Source of the DNA: a bacterium
Lineage (GTDB): Bacteria > Patescibacteriota > Minisyncoccia > UBA6257 > GWB1-50-10
DNA: 52,303 nucleotides
Assembly (NCBI GenBank): GCA_021791395.1
Contig: JAJYWR010000006.1
Span: 1-52,303 of the forward strand
Direction of reading: 5' to 3'
Part shown: positions 35,949 through 45,500 of the stretch, piece after piece
Layout: each line of letters starts with the position of its first letter
Position numbering within the stretch: position 1 is the stretch's first letter
Position numbers and translations under genes: made by a program
The notes under the pieces: model-generated
Databases searched by the model: none
What the model saw: the letters and a program-made list of their open reading frames with translations, nothing else
Told to the model about the DNA's origin: nothing

Positions 35949-36503
35949 TTATGGTAGGTCGTAGACTTCCCGGCAATCGTGACAGAGTGGGCTTGGGCAC
36001 ATCGAAATGTGCTCAAGGGCGTCCTCGTATGCCGGGGAAGGTGCGGATCTGTCCGGCGTGCCGTCCACGATCATCGCGACCGCGGTCATGCAATCCATGA
36101 TCATAGCGGCAAGCCATTCATATTTTTTCAGAACCTCGGAAGGAGTGATGCGTTCGCGCGGAGCGCTGACTGAAGGAATCGCGTCTTTCTTTCCGTACAG
36201 CCACTTTATCTTAATGTATGGCTGCAATCCATTTCCTCCGAAGAACCTGATCTTCATTCCCCAAATGTCGTTTCGCGCCCCTCTTTCGGTCGGTACCTTG
36301 AAATTAGTGAATTCCGCAAGGCGTGCGACGTCTTGGAGAAGGAGTTTGTAACGTACGACTTCTCCTTCCATTTCTCCTTCGAGGCTTTCGAAACTCGACG
36401 GCAGTGCCGACTGGACGACGTTCTTGAAGAATGAACGGTAAAATTTGAATTCGCTGGTGCCAAAGGGAAACGTCCCTGTTTCACCGACTCCGTACTTCTG
36501 CAT
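35949..36503 (-). CDS. hypothetical protein
   Basis: A long ORF with no family recognised. The start is uncertain (36503 or 36554). Confidence 0.4.
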   Translation of the reverse strand: MQKYGVGETGTFPFGTSEFKFYRSFFKNVVQSALPSSFESLEGEMEGEVVRYKLLLQDVARLAEFTNFKVPTERGARNDIWGMKIRFFGGNGLQPYIKIKWLYGKKDAIPSVSAPRERITPSEVLKKYEWLAAMIMDCMTAVAMIVDGTPDRSAPSPAYEDALEHISMCPSPLCHDCREVYDLP

Positions 36504-36586
36504 TCGCACTTTTTCGTTCCGTCTCACAGTACACCTCCTACGGGTTGTGAACAAAAAGGTCTGATTTCATAATAAGATCCGCTTGC

Positions 36587-36615
36587 TTGACCGGTCAAGA
36601 ACGCAAACCTAGAAT
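36587..36615 (+). promoter_or_regulatory. gap promoter (leaderless configuration)
   Basis: TTGACC (36587-92), 17 nt spacer, TAGAAT (36610-15), then 6 nt to ATG 36622. Confidence 0.65.
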
Positions 36616-36621
36616 GAATAT

Positions 36622-37638
36622 ATGGCAAAAGTCGCAATCAACGGATTTGGGAGGATCGGCCGGCTATTTTTTAAAAAATTGTTCGGCGAACAAGGCGTCG
36701 AGATCGTCGCCATAAACGATCTGGGGAGCCTGGAAAACCTGGCCTATCTCCTCAAGTATGATACGGTGTATAAGAAGTATGAGAAACAGGTTGAGACAAA
36801 AGAGGGGAAATTGATCGTCGACGGAAAGGAGATCGCGTTTCTCCAAATCAAGGATCCGACAACATTGCCGTGGAAGGCGATGGACATCGATATTGTGGTC
36901 GAGTCGACGGGTATCTTCGAAGAATACGAAAAGGCGAAGGTGCACCTTCAAGCGGGCGCGAAGCGGGTGGTCATCACCGCGCCAGCCAAGGACGAGGACG
37001 GCTCGGAAGGAAAGACAGTTTTGATGGGCGTCAACGAGGACGAAGCGAAGGGAGTATTTCTCACGTCGAATGGATCGTGTACGACGAATGCTTCATCGCC
37101 GGTCATCCAAATCATGTCGGAGAATCCGGGTATTTTGAAAGCAATCCTTTCGACGACACACGGATATACCGCAACGCAATCGATCGTCGACGGGCCGGTG
37201 AAGGGCAATGACATGCGGCGAGGGAGAGCGGCGGCCCAAAATATCGTTCCCTCGACGACGGGAGCGGCAATCGCCGTGACACGCGCTATTAAAGAACTCG
37301 AAGGAAAATTTGACGGCATTTCACTTCGCGTTCCCGTTGTTTCGGGGTCTATTGCGGACATAACGTTCCTTGCGAAGCGGAAGACGAGCGTGGAAGAAGT
37401 GAATGACATATTCAAAAAAGCTGCAGCATCACCGCGGTGGAAAGGAATTTTGGGTGTTGTGGAGGACCAGGTGGTTTCCTCCGACATCCTCGGAGAACCC
37501 TTCGGTGCGATCGTCGACTTGAATTTCACGAAGGTCGTCGACGGGGATCTCGTGAAGATTCTTTCGTGGTACGACAACGAGGCGGGGTACGTGTCGACGC
37601 TCGTGAGGCACGTCAAAATGATTGCGAGCATCAGTTGA
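36622..37638 (+). CDS. gap: type I glyceraldehyde-3-phosphate dehydrogenase
   Basis: MAKVAINGFGRIGR...SNGSCTTNASSP (catalytic Cys)...WYDNEAGY. Confidence 0.95.
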   Translation: MAKVAINGFGRIGRLFFKKLFGEQGVEIVAINDLGSLENLAYLLKYDTVYKKYEKQVETKEGKLIVDGKEIAFLQIKDPTTLPWKAMDIDIVVESTGIFEEYEKAKVHLQAGAKRVVITAPAKDEDGSEGKTVLMGVNEDEAKGVFLTSNGSCTTNASSPVIQIMSENPGILKAILSTTHGYTATQSIVDGPVKGNDMRRGRAAAQNIVPSTTGAAIAVTRAIKELEGKFDGISLRVPVVSGSIADITFLAKRKTSVEEVNDIFKKAAASPRWKGILGVVEDQVVSSDILGEPFGAIVDLNFTKVVDGDLVKILSWYDNEAGYVSTLVRHVKMIASIS

Positions 37639-37665
37639 CTTGAGTTTTAATTTGTGTTAGAACAA

Positions 37666-37692
37666 AGTGTCCCTTCGGGGGCGCTTTTGTTT
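37666..37692 (+). terminator. intrinsic terminator after gap
   Basis: gtgtccc-ttcg-ggggcgc followed by ttttgtttt. Confidence 0.55.
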
Positions 37693-37732
37693 TAAAAGTT
37701 TGATCTTTTACATATTCATAAGGAGAAAAAAA

Positions 37733-39292
37733 GTGAATAAAATCGTTTTATTTTTCGTCATCTTTTCTGTTTCTGCGTTCGCGCAGGAGCGGATGGTTGC
37801 CAAGGCATCAAGCGCAGAGCTCGAGGCCGTTGGCATAACGGGGAGTAAAGAAATACTTCCCGGCTGGCGGGCTTTTTCGACAAGTGATACGACAGCCGTC
37901 GCACGCGCATTGAAAAATGCTGGATTGTACAGCGAAATAGACCGGAAGGAAATACTCTACGGCGCGGAGCCGGACAGAACGGCAGGGAGCGGGAGTGCAT
38001 TCCAGTGGTGGATTACGGCAAGTGGCGGCTTGTGGCGTGGCAGCTTTTTAAATGCCTGGAAGATAACCACGGGGAGTCCTTCGGTGAAAGTCGGGATCAT
38101 CGATTCCGGCAGCCCTTTGAAGGACGGTGTTTGGACAAGTTCGGTTCTCGACAGTTCCCGGTTCATCGTCGGACCGAGTTTTGTGAACACGACCGACACG
38201 CCCGTCGATTCCGACTGGGCAAATACTGATTATGCGGGGCATGCCACTCACGTTGCCGGGATCATTGCTGCATTGCCGAACGACAGTGTCGGTGTCGCGG
38301 GGATAGACCAACAGTGCAAGGTGGAGATCTATAAATCATTCACCGAGTACGGTTGGGGATATAATTCCTCAATCGCCGATGCGATTTTCCGGTTGACGGG
38401 AGATTCATGCCGCATTGCCAGCATGTCATTCGGGAGTTTGTGGTATTCCCGAATGATTGAGGATGCCATGCGGTATGCCGCGGATCGGAATGTGCTTTGT
38501 GTTGTCGCTGCGGGAAACGACGGTGATGAAGTTCAATCATTCCCCTCCTTTTTCAGCAAGTTCACAACATACAGTGGCAGCGGTATGCCGGGGGTTCTCT
38601 CCGTTGGATCGATCGATCCCAATGGGAACGTTTCTCTATTTTCCAACCGGGGGTATTTCGTCGATATCTATGCTCCCGGCGGAAGCGGCGTCGATTATCC
38701 ATCCGACAGTACCGACATCTTGAGCACGTGGCCGAGCTACTACGTGCTCCTCGACGACACGACGAACGGAAAGCCGGTGGCTAAAAACTATCAATATCTT
38801 GCGGGAACGAGCATGGCAACACCCATGGTCGTCGGCACCGCAAGCTTGATGCTTTCAGTGAATCCGAAACTCACCGCGGCGGAATTGAAAGAAATCATTT
38901 GTTCGACCGCCGATACCATCGAAACGTCAAGCGGACCCGTGCTGGTTTTGGATCCCGGAAGGGCTGTTCAGGGGGCGAAGAACTTCGATGCTGTAATGGC
39001 AGTCCGTCAAGAGATTTCGACGCCTTCCCATTTTTCGCTGAATCAGAACTATCCCAATCCTTTCAATCCGACGACGATCATTTCGTTCGGCCTACCGAAG
39101 AGCGGAGTGGTATCCCTCAATGTTTACAATGCATTGGGAGAACTCGTCCAAAAGCTCGTCGGGGGACAGCTCTCGGCGGGAAAACATGAGTTTTTCTTCG
39201 ATGGTTCCCGCTTGTCATCGGGGGTTTACTTCTATCGGCTCCAGACAGCAGCCGGTTCGGTTTTTACGAGAAAAATGCTTCTCCTTAAATAG
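37733..39292 (+). CDS. secreted subtilisin-like (S8) serine protease with a T9SS/FlgD-Ig-like C-terminal sorting domain
   Basis: GTG start 7 nt after AGGAG. Signal peptide VNKIVLFFVIFSVSAFAQ. Catalytic triad: IIDSG (Asp), HATHVAGII (His), GTSMATPMV (Ser). The C-terminus is QNYPNPFNPTTIISFGLP...SGVYFYRLQTAAGSVFTRKMLLLK. Confidence 0.85.
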   Translation: MNKIVLFFVIFSVSAFAQERMVAKASSAELEAVGITGSKEILPGWRAFSTSDTTAVARALKNAGLYSEIDRKEILYGAEPDRTAGSGSAFQWWITASGGLWRGSFLNAWKITTGSPSVKVGIIDSGSPLKDGVWTSSVLDSSRFIVGPSFVNTTDTPVDSDWANTDYAGHATHVAGIIAALPNDSVGVAGIDQQCKVEIYKSFTEYGWGYNSSIADAIFRLTGDSCRIASMSFGSLWYSRMIEDAMRYAADRNVLCVVAAGNDGDEVQSFPSFFSKFTTYSGSGMPGVLSVGSIDPNGNVSLFSNRGYFVDIYAPGGSGVDYPSDSTDILSTWPSYYVLLDDTTNGKPVAKNYQYLAGTSMATPMVVGTASLMLSVNPKLTAAELKEIICSTADTIETSSGPVLVLDPGRAVQGAKNFDAVMAVRQEISTPSHFSLNQNYPNPFNPTTIISFGLPKSGVVSLNVYNALGELVQKLVGGQLSAGKHEFFFDGSRLSSGVYFYRLQTAAGSVFTRKMLLLK

Positions 39293-39300
39293 GCTTTGAC

Positions 39301-39347
39301 GGGGGAATTTCCATGCTTCATGGAAATTCCCCCTCTTTGTTTTTTTG
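39301..39347 (+). terminator. strong intrinsic terminator
   Basis: A perfect 15 bp stem (gggggaatttccatg/catggaaattccccc) with a 3 nt loop, followed by tctttgttttttt. Confidence 0.85.
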
Positions 39348-39373
39348 GCGCCCTGATTATAAAATGAATAGGT

Positions 39374-39862
39374 ATGATGATTTATATTGGGGCGGATCAC
39401 CGGGGGTTCGATTTGAAAGAAGTTTTAAAAAACAGCCTCAAGCTCGCCGGTTATTCGGTGATGGATTTGGGGAGCGCGGTGAAGGACGAAAACGACGACT
39501 ACCCTGCGATCGCAATGAAAGTTGCGGAAAAGGTAAGTTTGGAAGTTGAAACGGCACGCGGAGTCCTCATCTGCGGTTCCGGCGTTGGCGTTTCGGTCGT
39601 CGCAAACAAATTCAAGGGTATCCGCGCGGCGCTCGTGGGGAATCCCAATCAAGCATTCGATTCGCGGAATGATGACAATGCGAACGTGCTTGCGCTTGGT
39701 TCGAACTATCTCGACGAAGAAACGGCAAAAAAAATCATCGTCACGTGGCTTGAGACGCCGTTTGCTTCCGACGAGCGGTATAAAAGGCGGATTGAAGAAA
39801 TTTCCGCATTGGAAGTTAAAATGTTCAAAGACACCGAAACTGAATCCGAAGACGGATACTGA
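39374..39862 (+). CDS. rpiB: ribose-5-phosphate isomerase B
   Basis: IYIGADHRGFDLK...GVLICGSGVGVSVVANKFKGIRAAL...NDDNANVLALG. Confidence 0.9.
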   Translation: MMIYIGADHRGFDLKEVLKNSLKLAGYSVMDLGSAVKDENDDYPAIAMKVAEKVSLEVETARGVLICGSGVGVSVVANKFKGIRAALVGNPNQAFDSRNDDNANVLALGSNYLDEETAKKIIVTWLETPFASDERYKRRIEEISALEVKMFKDTETESEDGY

Positions 39863-39869
39863 TACCCAC

Positions 39870-40520
39870 ATGAATGTGATCCCTTCGATAAACTTTTTCG
39901 ACGAGCAATCGGTTCGGGGGATTGTCCCGAAGTTAAAAATTCTCCACGAGCGGGGGGTTGATATGATCCATCTGGATATTTCGGATGGAAAATTTACGAA
40001 AGCATTCATGAATCTCGCCCCCGCTTTTTTCGATTCCGTCCTCGGCTCAGATTTTACATTCGAATTGCATTTGATGGTGCAGGACGTCGGGGCGTACCTC
40101 AGGGCTTGGTCGTCTTCGAAAAACGTCGGTGCCGTCGTTATCCATCAGGAATCGGATTTCGATTTTGCCGATGTCCGCGAATTTTGTTCAATGAGGAACG
40201 CTGATCTTGCATTCAGCTTGAAACTCGACGGCAATTTAGAGGATTTCATCGACATGGTCGAAGTTTCAGGTGCAACGACGATCGAACTCTTGTCGGTTCC
40301 CATCGGCTTTTCGGGCGGGAATTTCGATGAATCCGTTTTAGAGCGAGCTGCGTTCATAAAAAAGGTGCACCCCGACTTGAAGATTTTCATCGATGGGGGA
40401 GTAAACGAGAAAACAGCAATCCCCATGAAGAAAAACGGGGTTGATGGGGTCGTAACGGGCTCATATCTCTGGCAGAGTTCGGATGTCGGTTTGGCTTATG
40501 ATACACTAAAGGGTATATGA
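39870..40520 (+). CDS. rpe: ribulose-phosphate 3-epimerase-like protein
   Basis: MNVIPSINFFD...DMIHLDISDGKF...HLMV...IFIDGGVN. The start was moved to ATG 39870. Confidence 0.7.
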   Translation: MNVIPSINFFDEQSVRGIVPKLKILHERGVDMIHLDISDGKFTKAFMNLAPAFFDSVLGSDFTFELHLMVQDVGAYLRAWSSSKNVGAVVIHQESDFDFADVREFCSMRNADLAFSLKLDGNLEDFIDMVEVSGATTIELLSVPIGFSGGNFDESVLERAAFIKKVHPDLKIFIDGGVNEKTAIPMKKNGVDGVVTGSYLWQSSDVGLAYDTLKGI

Positions 40521-42124
40521 AAAGACCGAAGATCATTTTCGTGACGGGCGGGATCATTTCCGGCATCGGCAAGGGGGCTTCAGCAGCCTCCATTAGTTTT
40601 CTTTTGAGGTCGCGCGGCTATCGGATCTTTCCCATTAAGATGGACCCTTATCTCAACAAAGATGCCGGCACCATGAATCCGTACCAGCACGGCGAGGTTT
40701 TCGTGACGGAGGACGGCGCGGAAACCGATCTCGATTTAGGTCACTACGAGCGGTTTTTGAACATGAATTTGGATAAGTTTTCCAATTTCACGACCGGTTC
40801 GGTTTATTCAACCGTCATGGATCTCGAGCGGCACGGAGACTTTTTGGGAAAGACTATTCAGATCATCCCGCACGTCACGAATGAGATCAAGCGGAGGATT
40901 ATAAAACCAGCCGAGGAAAAGAAAGCCGACATCGTGGTGATTGAAATCGGGGGAACGGTCGGCGACATTGAAGAAGAGCCGTTCCTCGAAGCAGCGCGGC
41001 AAATCTCCGGCGAATACGGAGAAGAAAACGTTTCATTTATCCACGTGGTGAAGATTGATTATGTGTTTCCTTCAGAAGAAGAGAAAACCAAACCGATTCA
41101 GCAGTCAGTGCGGCTTCTTCGAGAAGCCGGCATTCATCCCGATTTTTTGATCGTACGATGTAAGAATGAATTCGACGGCGAAATCAAGGAAAAGATAAGC
41201 ATGTTCACGAACGTGCCTCCCGACCACATCGTCGAAGCGCCGAACGCGGGGAGCATTTATGAAGTGCCGCTCAACTTCAGAAAGAAGAAGCTTGATGAAA
41301 ATATTCTGAAATCGCTCGCGCTGCCGATCAAAAAATTGGATATCACTCCGCTCCAGCGGAGGATTAAAAAGATGAAGGGGATCACAAGGACGATCAAAAT
41401 CGGCCTCGTTGGAAAATACGTCGTGAATCCGGATGCGTACCTTTCGGTTATCGAAGCCGTCAAACACGCTGCGATCGAAGCGGGTGTGAAGGCGGATATT
41501 ATTCAAGTCGATTCGGAGCGGGATGATGTTTTGAAGAATATAAAGAATCTCGACGGTATCATTGTTCCTGGAGGCTTCGGCAGACGCGGCATCGAGGGAA
41601 AAATAAAGGCGATTAAATACGCCCGGGAGAATAAGCTGCCTTTCTTGGGGCTTTGCCTCGGCCTTCAAGTTGCGGTCATCGAATTTGCACGCCACGTTGC
41701 CGGTCTCGGGCGCGCGAACAGTACCGAATTCGACTCCCGGACGCCCAATCCGGTCATCGACATCATGCCATCTCAGAAGAATGTGAAGGACTTGGGCGGG
41801 ACGATGCGTTTGGGTTCATGGGACATGGAACTCGTGAAGGGGACGAAAGCGTACGAGATTTACGGCGGTCCCTCCGCAAAGGAGCGTCACCGGCATCGCT
41901 ATGAAGTGAACCCCGCCTACCACGATGTTTTGGAAAAGAACGGGCTTGTTTTTTCGGCGTGGTCAAAAGATGACGATCGGCTTATTGACATGGTGGAGCT
42001 TCAAGATCACCCATTCTTCGTCGGTACGCAGGCGCATCCGGAATTCAAATCGAGATTTTTGGTCCCACACCCGCTCTTTGTGTCATTTATGAAGGCGGCC
42101 GCTCGAAAAAATTTCAAATCCTAA
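40517..42124 (+). CDS. pyrG: CTP synthase
   Basis: [16 protein letters not shown]...[22 protein letters not shown]...GLCLGLQ...HRHRYEVN. Confidence 0.95.
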   Translation: MKRPKIIFVTGGIISGIGKGASAASISFLLRSRGYRIFPIKMDPYLNKDAGTMNPYQHGEVFVTEDGAETDLDLGHYERFLNMNLDKFSNFTTGSVYSTVMDLERHGDFLGKTIQIIPHVTNEIKRRIIKPAEEKKADIVVIEIGGTVGDIEEEPFLEAARQISGEYGEENVSFIHVVKIDYVFPSEEEKTKPIQQSVRLLREAGIHPDFLIVRCKNEFDGEIKEKISMFTNVPPDHIVEAPNAGSIYEVPLNFRKKKLDENILKSLALPIKKLDITPLQRRIKKMKGITRTIKIGLVGKYVVNPDAYLSVIEAVKHAAIEAGVKADIIQVDSERDDVLKNIKNLDGIIVPGGFGRRGIEGKIKAIKYARENKLPFLGLCLGLQVAVIEFARHVAGLGRANSTEFDSRTPNPVIDIMPSQKNVKDLGGTMRLGSWDMELVKGTKAYEIYGGPSAKERHRHRYEVNPAYHDVLEKNGLVFSAWSKDDDRLIDMVELQDHPFFVGTQAHPEFKSRFLVPHPLFVSFMKAAARKNFKS

Positions 42125-42252
42125 TACCTAAATCCTAGACAATATCAAAATTCCAATATAAGAGATTATAAACACGATGTTTTGAATTTTGAATTTAGGG
42201 CATCGGGATTTATTTGGGATTTAGGATTTTGAAATTAGGATTTCGGTATTGG

Positions 42253-42281
42253 TTGGCTGTATGGGCCGTGCGTTGTATAAT
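42253..42281 (+). promoter_or_regulatory. transketolase operon promoter
   Basis: TTGGCT (42253-58), 17 nt spacer, TATAAT (42276-81), then 8 nt to ATG 42290. Confidence 0.5.
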
Positions 42282-42289
42282 TGGAAGTA

Positions 42290-43150
42290 ATGGTTCCGAT
42301 CCACGACGAAAAGTTGAAATATCTGGAAGAAACCGCAAATAAAATTCGCGAAAAAATCATCGAGATGCTCCTTGAAGCCGGGTCGGGACATTCAGCGGGT
42401 CCCTTGGGCATGGCTGATGTTTTTACGGCGTTCTATTTTCACATCTTGCGACACGATCCAAAGAACCCGCTGTGGCCGGACCGCGACCGATTGGTACTTT
42501 CGAACGGCCACATTTGCCCGGTGCTCTACGCATCGCTCGCTTATGCCGGTTATTTCCCACTTGAGGAACTCATGACACTCCGAAAGATTAATTCCCGCCT
42601 TCAAGGGCATCCGCATCGGGGAACGCTCCCGGGTATCGAGACAACCTCAGGTCCTCTGGGTTCGGGACTTTCCCAAGCGATCGGGATGGCTTTGACAGCG
42701 CGTCTCGACAAAAAGAAGTACCGGATTTACTGCCTTATGTCGGATGGGGAACACGACGAAGGGAACGTTTGGGAAGCGGTACTCTTTGCCGGGAAGAACA
42801 AATTATCCAATCTCACGGTCGTCATGGACCGGAATAATATTCAAATCGACGGGTTTACGGAAAACGTAATGCCGTTGGAACCGCTCCGCGAGAAGTATGA
42901 ATCGTTCAATTGGCATGTCCTCGAGATCGACGGACATAATATGGAACAGCTCGTGGATGCCGTTTCGGAGGCGGAAGCGATCTACGAAAAACCAACGCTT
43001 ATCATAGCTCATACGATTCCCGGGAAAGGGGTGAGTTTTATGGAGAATGATTTTAACTGGCATGGCAAGCCGCCGAACAAAGAGGAAGCGAAGGAGGCGC
43101 TTCACGAACTTCGGACGCTCGGTCGGAGAATACAATCGGAACATGAATAA
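42290..43150 (+). CDS. transketolase, N-terminal (TPP-binding) subunit
   Basis: GSGHSAGPLGMADV...DRLVLSNGH...LMSDGEHDEGNVWEA. This is the split-tkt organisation. Confidence 0.9.
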   Translation: MVPIHDEKLKYLEETANKIREKIIEMLLEAGSGHSAGPLGMADVFTAFYFHILRHDPKNPLWPDRDRLVLSNGHICPVLYASLAYAGYFPLEELMTLRKINSRLQGHPHRGTLPGIETTSGPLGSGLSQAIGMALTARLDKKKYRIYCLMSDGEHDEGNVWEAVLFAGKNKLSNLTVVMDRNNIQIDGFTENVMPLEPLREKYESFNWHVLEIDGHNMEQLVDAVSEAEAIYEKPTLIIAHTIPGKGVSFMENDFNWHGKPPNKEEAKEALHELRTLGRRIQSEHE

Positions 43151-43472
43151 TCATCCGTTGGTGAGAAAAATTTATTTGTATCTCTTTTCCTTCATCGGTT
43201 TGGTTCTTGCGGTGACGGGTTTGGTGCGCCTCGTGAATTTGGGCTTGCGGAGTTTTGTTTTTACCGCCGCAGATCGATATAGTCCGTACCCGGCGACGGG
43301 ACCGGCAGGAAACGGACCATCGGCCGCCGAACTTCAATCTTATCAAGAACAGCAAACGACTTCTAACCGCGAGCGCGATGCGTCGGAATCCCTTGCGTTT
43401 CTTATCGTCGGCATTCCGCTCTATTGGTATCATTGGAAAGTCATTAAAAAGGAAAGAACAAATGTTGAATAA
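43143..43472 (+). CDS. small membrane protein inserted between the two transketolase halves
   Basis: MNNHPLVRKIYLYLFSFIGLVLAVTGLV...LAFLIVGIPLYWYHW has two hydrophobic helices. It overlaps both tkt genes by 8-11 nt. Confidence 0.45.
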   Translation: MNNHPLVRKIYLYLFSFIGLVLAVTGLVRLVNLGLRSFVFTAADRYSPYPATGPAGNGPSAAELQSYQEQQTTSNRERDASESLAFLIVGIPLYWYHWKVIKKERTNVE

Positions 43473-44451
43473 TAAATTGAAATTGAATCCGAAGATTTTT
43501 GACCCAGACATCCCTGAAGTTCCAATTCGGAACGGATTCGGCGAAGGTTTGCTTTTTTTGGGAGATCGCAATGCAAATGTCATCGTGCTCTCAGCCGACC
43601 TTACGGAATCGACTCGTACGGAGAGCTTTGCTAAAAAATTTCCCGACCGTCACTTCGAGGTTGGCGTTGCCGAACAAAACATGGCGACCGTAGCCGCCGG
43701 TCTCGGCATTTCGGGGAAAATCCCCTTCATTGCATCGTATGCGACGTTCTCGCCGGGCCGGAATTATGAGCAGATACGGACGACCATCGCGTACAATAAC
43801 GCGAATGTTAAAATCGCTGGGCATCATGCCGGCGTTTCGGTCGGCCCGGATGGCGCGACGCATCAGGCGACGGAAGATATTGCAATCATGCGCGTCATGC
43901 CCAACATGAAAGTTTTCGTGCCGTGCGATGCGATCGAAGCAAAAAAAGCGACCATCGCCGCCGCTTCGATCGACGGGCCGGTCTATCTCCGGTTCGCGCG
44001 GGAAAAGAGCGCGGTCGTTACGACCGAAGAAACGCCCTTTACGCCGGGGAAAATCGATCTCTTCTGGGATTCGCGGAAACCGCAGGTTGCCATCATCGTC
44101 TGTGGGCTTTTGGTATACAAGGCACTTCTCGCGGCAAAAGAATTGGAAAAAGAAAAGATCGGCGTTTTGGTTTTGAATAATCATTCCATAAAGCCGGTGG
44201 ACGAGAAAACAATTATGAAGGCTGCGGAAAGAACGGGCGCCATCGTGACCGTTGAGGAACATCAAGTTGCCGGGGGTATGGGAAGTGCTGTCGCGGAAGT
44301 TCTCGCGAAGCATCACCCGGCCCCTATTGAATTCGTTGGGATGCGGGATACGTTCGGCGAATCCGGTCCGCCGGAAGCTCTCATCGAAAAGTATGGCATG
44401 AGTGTTGAGGATATTAAAACGGCGGTGAAAAAAGTTATTTTGAGAAAATGA
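43462..44451 (+). CDS. transketolase, C-terminal (pyrimidine-binding) subunit
   Basis: FPDRHFEVGVAEQNMATVAAGL...GPDGATHQATEDIAIMR. Confidence 0.9.
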   Translation: MLNNKLKLNPKIFDPDIPEVPIRNGFGEGLLFLGDRNANVIVLSADLTESTRTESFAKKFPDRHFEVGVAEQNMATVAAGLGISGKIPFIASYATFSPGRNYEQIRTTIAYNNANVKIAGHHAGVSVGPDGATHQATEDIAIMRVMPNMKVFVPCDAIEAKKATIAAASIDGPVYLRFAREKSAVVTTEETPFTPGKIDLFWDSRKPQVAIIVCGLLVYKALLAAKELEKEKIGVLVLNNHSIKPVDEKTIMKAAERTGAIVTVEEHQVAGGMGSAVAEVLAKHHPAPIEFVGMRDTFGESGPPEALIEKYGMSVEDIKTAVKKVILRK

Positions 44452-45473
44452 AGGATATTATCGCCATCGGTTCGGTTACGCGGGATAATTTTCTCGACGC
44501 GAACAACCTTTCCCTGGAGCGCTATCCGAAAACTCCTTCCGGCAGGGCGTTTGTGTTGCCCTTGGGCGACAAGCTCGACGTCGGCCCCATTTATCAGACG
44601 ATCGGCGGGAATTCGGCAAACGCTTCCGTTACGTTTGCGCGGCAAGGTCTCGAAACGGCGTGCGTAGGGCATGTAGGAAACGATGAAAACGGCGAAGCGA
44701 TCGTCCGGCGGCTGAAAAAAGAAGGCGTTGCAACGAGCATGGTTACCATCGATCAAAAACTCCCAACTTCCTTTTCGGCCTTGCTCTTGAAAGGCGGGGA
44801 GCGGATGATTCTGAGTTACCATGGCGCTTCCAATGACTTCAATTTTTCCGATTTCAAAACGAAAGATTTAAAAGCGAAGTGGTGGTACCTCTCGCTCGCC
44901 GGCGATTCGTATAAAATGTTCGGGAAGTTCGTATTTCTCGCTCGCCGGGAGAAGATCGCCGTCGCTTTCAATCCGAGCGGCTATCATTTAAGGAAAGACA
45001 AGAAGAGTATTCTGTCGTCCCTGAAGAACATCTCTTTTTTGGTCCTGAACGAAGAAGAAGCGGCGACATTGACGGGAATTCCCTTCAGCCGTGAACGGGA
45101 AGTATTTCGGAAACTCGATGACCTCATGAGCCCGGGAATTCTTGCCGTCACGAACGGATCGAAAGGCGCCACGGTTTCCGACGGCAAATTCATTTACCGC
45201 GCCGGAACATTCAAGGAAAAAAAGCTCGTTGACCGGACGGGTGCTGGTGATGCTTGGGGCTCCGGATTCGTGGCGGGGCTTTCGCGAAGTGGTGTCACGC
45301 TTTTGAATTTGCATCGTATAACGGAGAGGCAGATCGCGGAGGCGGTTCGTATTGCTTCGGCGAACGCAACGTCCGTCGTGGAACGCGTTGGAGCAACTGA
45401 GGGAATCCTCACAAAAAGAGAACTTAGTGCACCGCGATGGAGAAATCTCATGATTCAGATAGAAAAACTATAA
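44448..45473 (+). CDS. PfkB-family carbohydrate kinase (ribokinase-like)
   Basis: GGNSANASVTFAR...DRTGAGDAWGSGFVAG (PfkB signature 2). Confidence 0.8.
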   Translation: MKDIIAIGSVTRDNFLDANNLSLERYPKTPSGRAFVLPLGDKLDVGPIYQTIGGNSANASVTFARQGLETACVGHVGNDENGEAIVRRLKKEGVATSMVTIDQKLPTSFSALLLKGGERMILSYHGASNDFNFSDFKTKDLKAKWWYLSLAGDSYKMFGKFVFLARREKIAVAFNPSGYHLRKDKKSILSSLKNISFLVLNEEEAATLTGIPFSREREVFRKLDDLMSPGILAVTNGSKGATVSDGKFIYRAGTFKEKKLVDRTGAGDAWGSGFVAGLSRSGVTLLNLHRITERQIAEAVRIASANATSVVERVGATEGILTKRELSAPRWRNLMIQIEKL

Positions 45474-45500
45474 AAATGACCAATTGGAAGTTCTACTACC

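Noticed and set aside
36948-37631. Long antisense ORFs inside well-supported genes, for example 36948..37631(-) in gap, 46952..47662(-) in fba, 43591..44316(-) in tkt, 6538..7152(-) in the giant gene, and 16484..17095(-), 15767..16393(-) and 10993..11829(+) in GT genes.
   Set aside because: They are frame shadows of strongly supported genes in a roughly 50% GC genome. They have Arg/Ser/Pro-rich, low-complexity translations with no motifs.
29661-39862. Possible UGA recoding (Gracilibacteria/Absconditabacteria-type code), given that only RF1 is seen.
   Set aside because: TGA clearly terminates well-supported genes at conserved C-termini (for example 29661-29663, rpiB at 39860-39862 and 46752-46754). 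No in-frame TGA interrupts the conserved enzymes.
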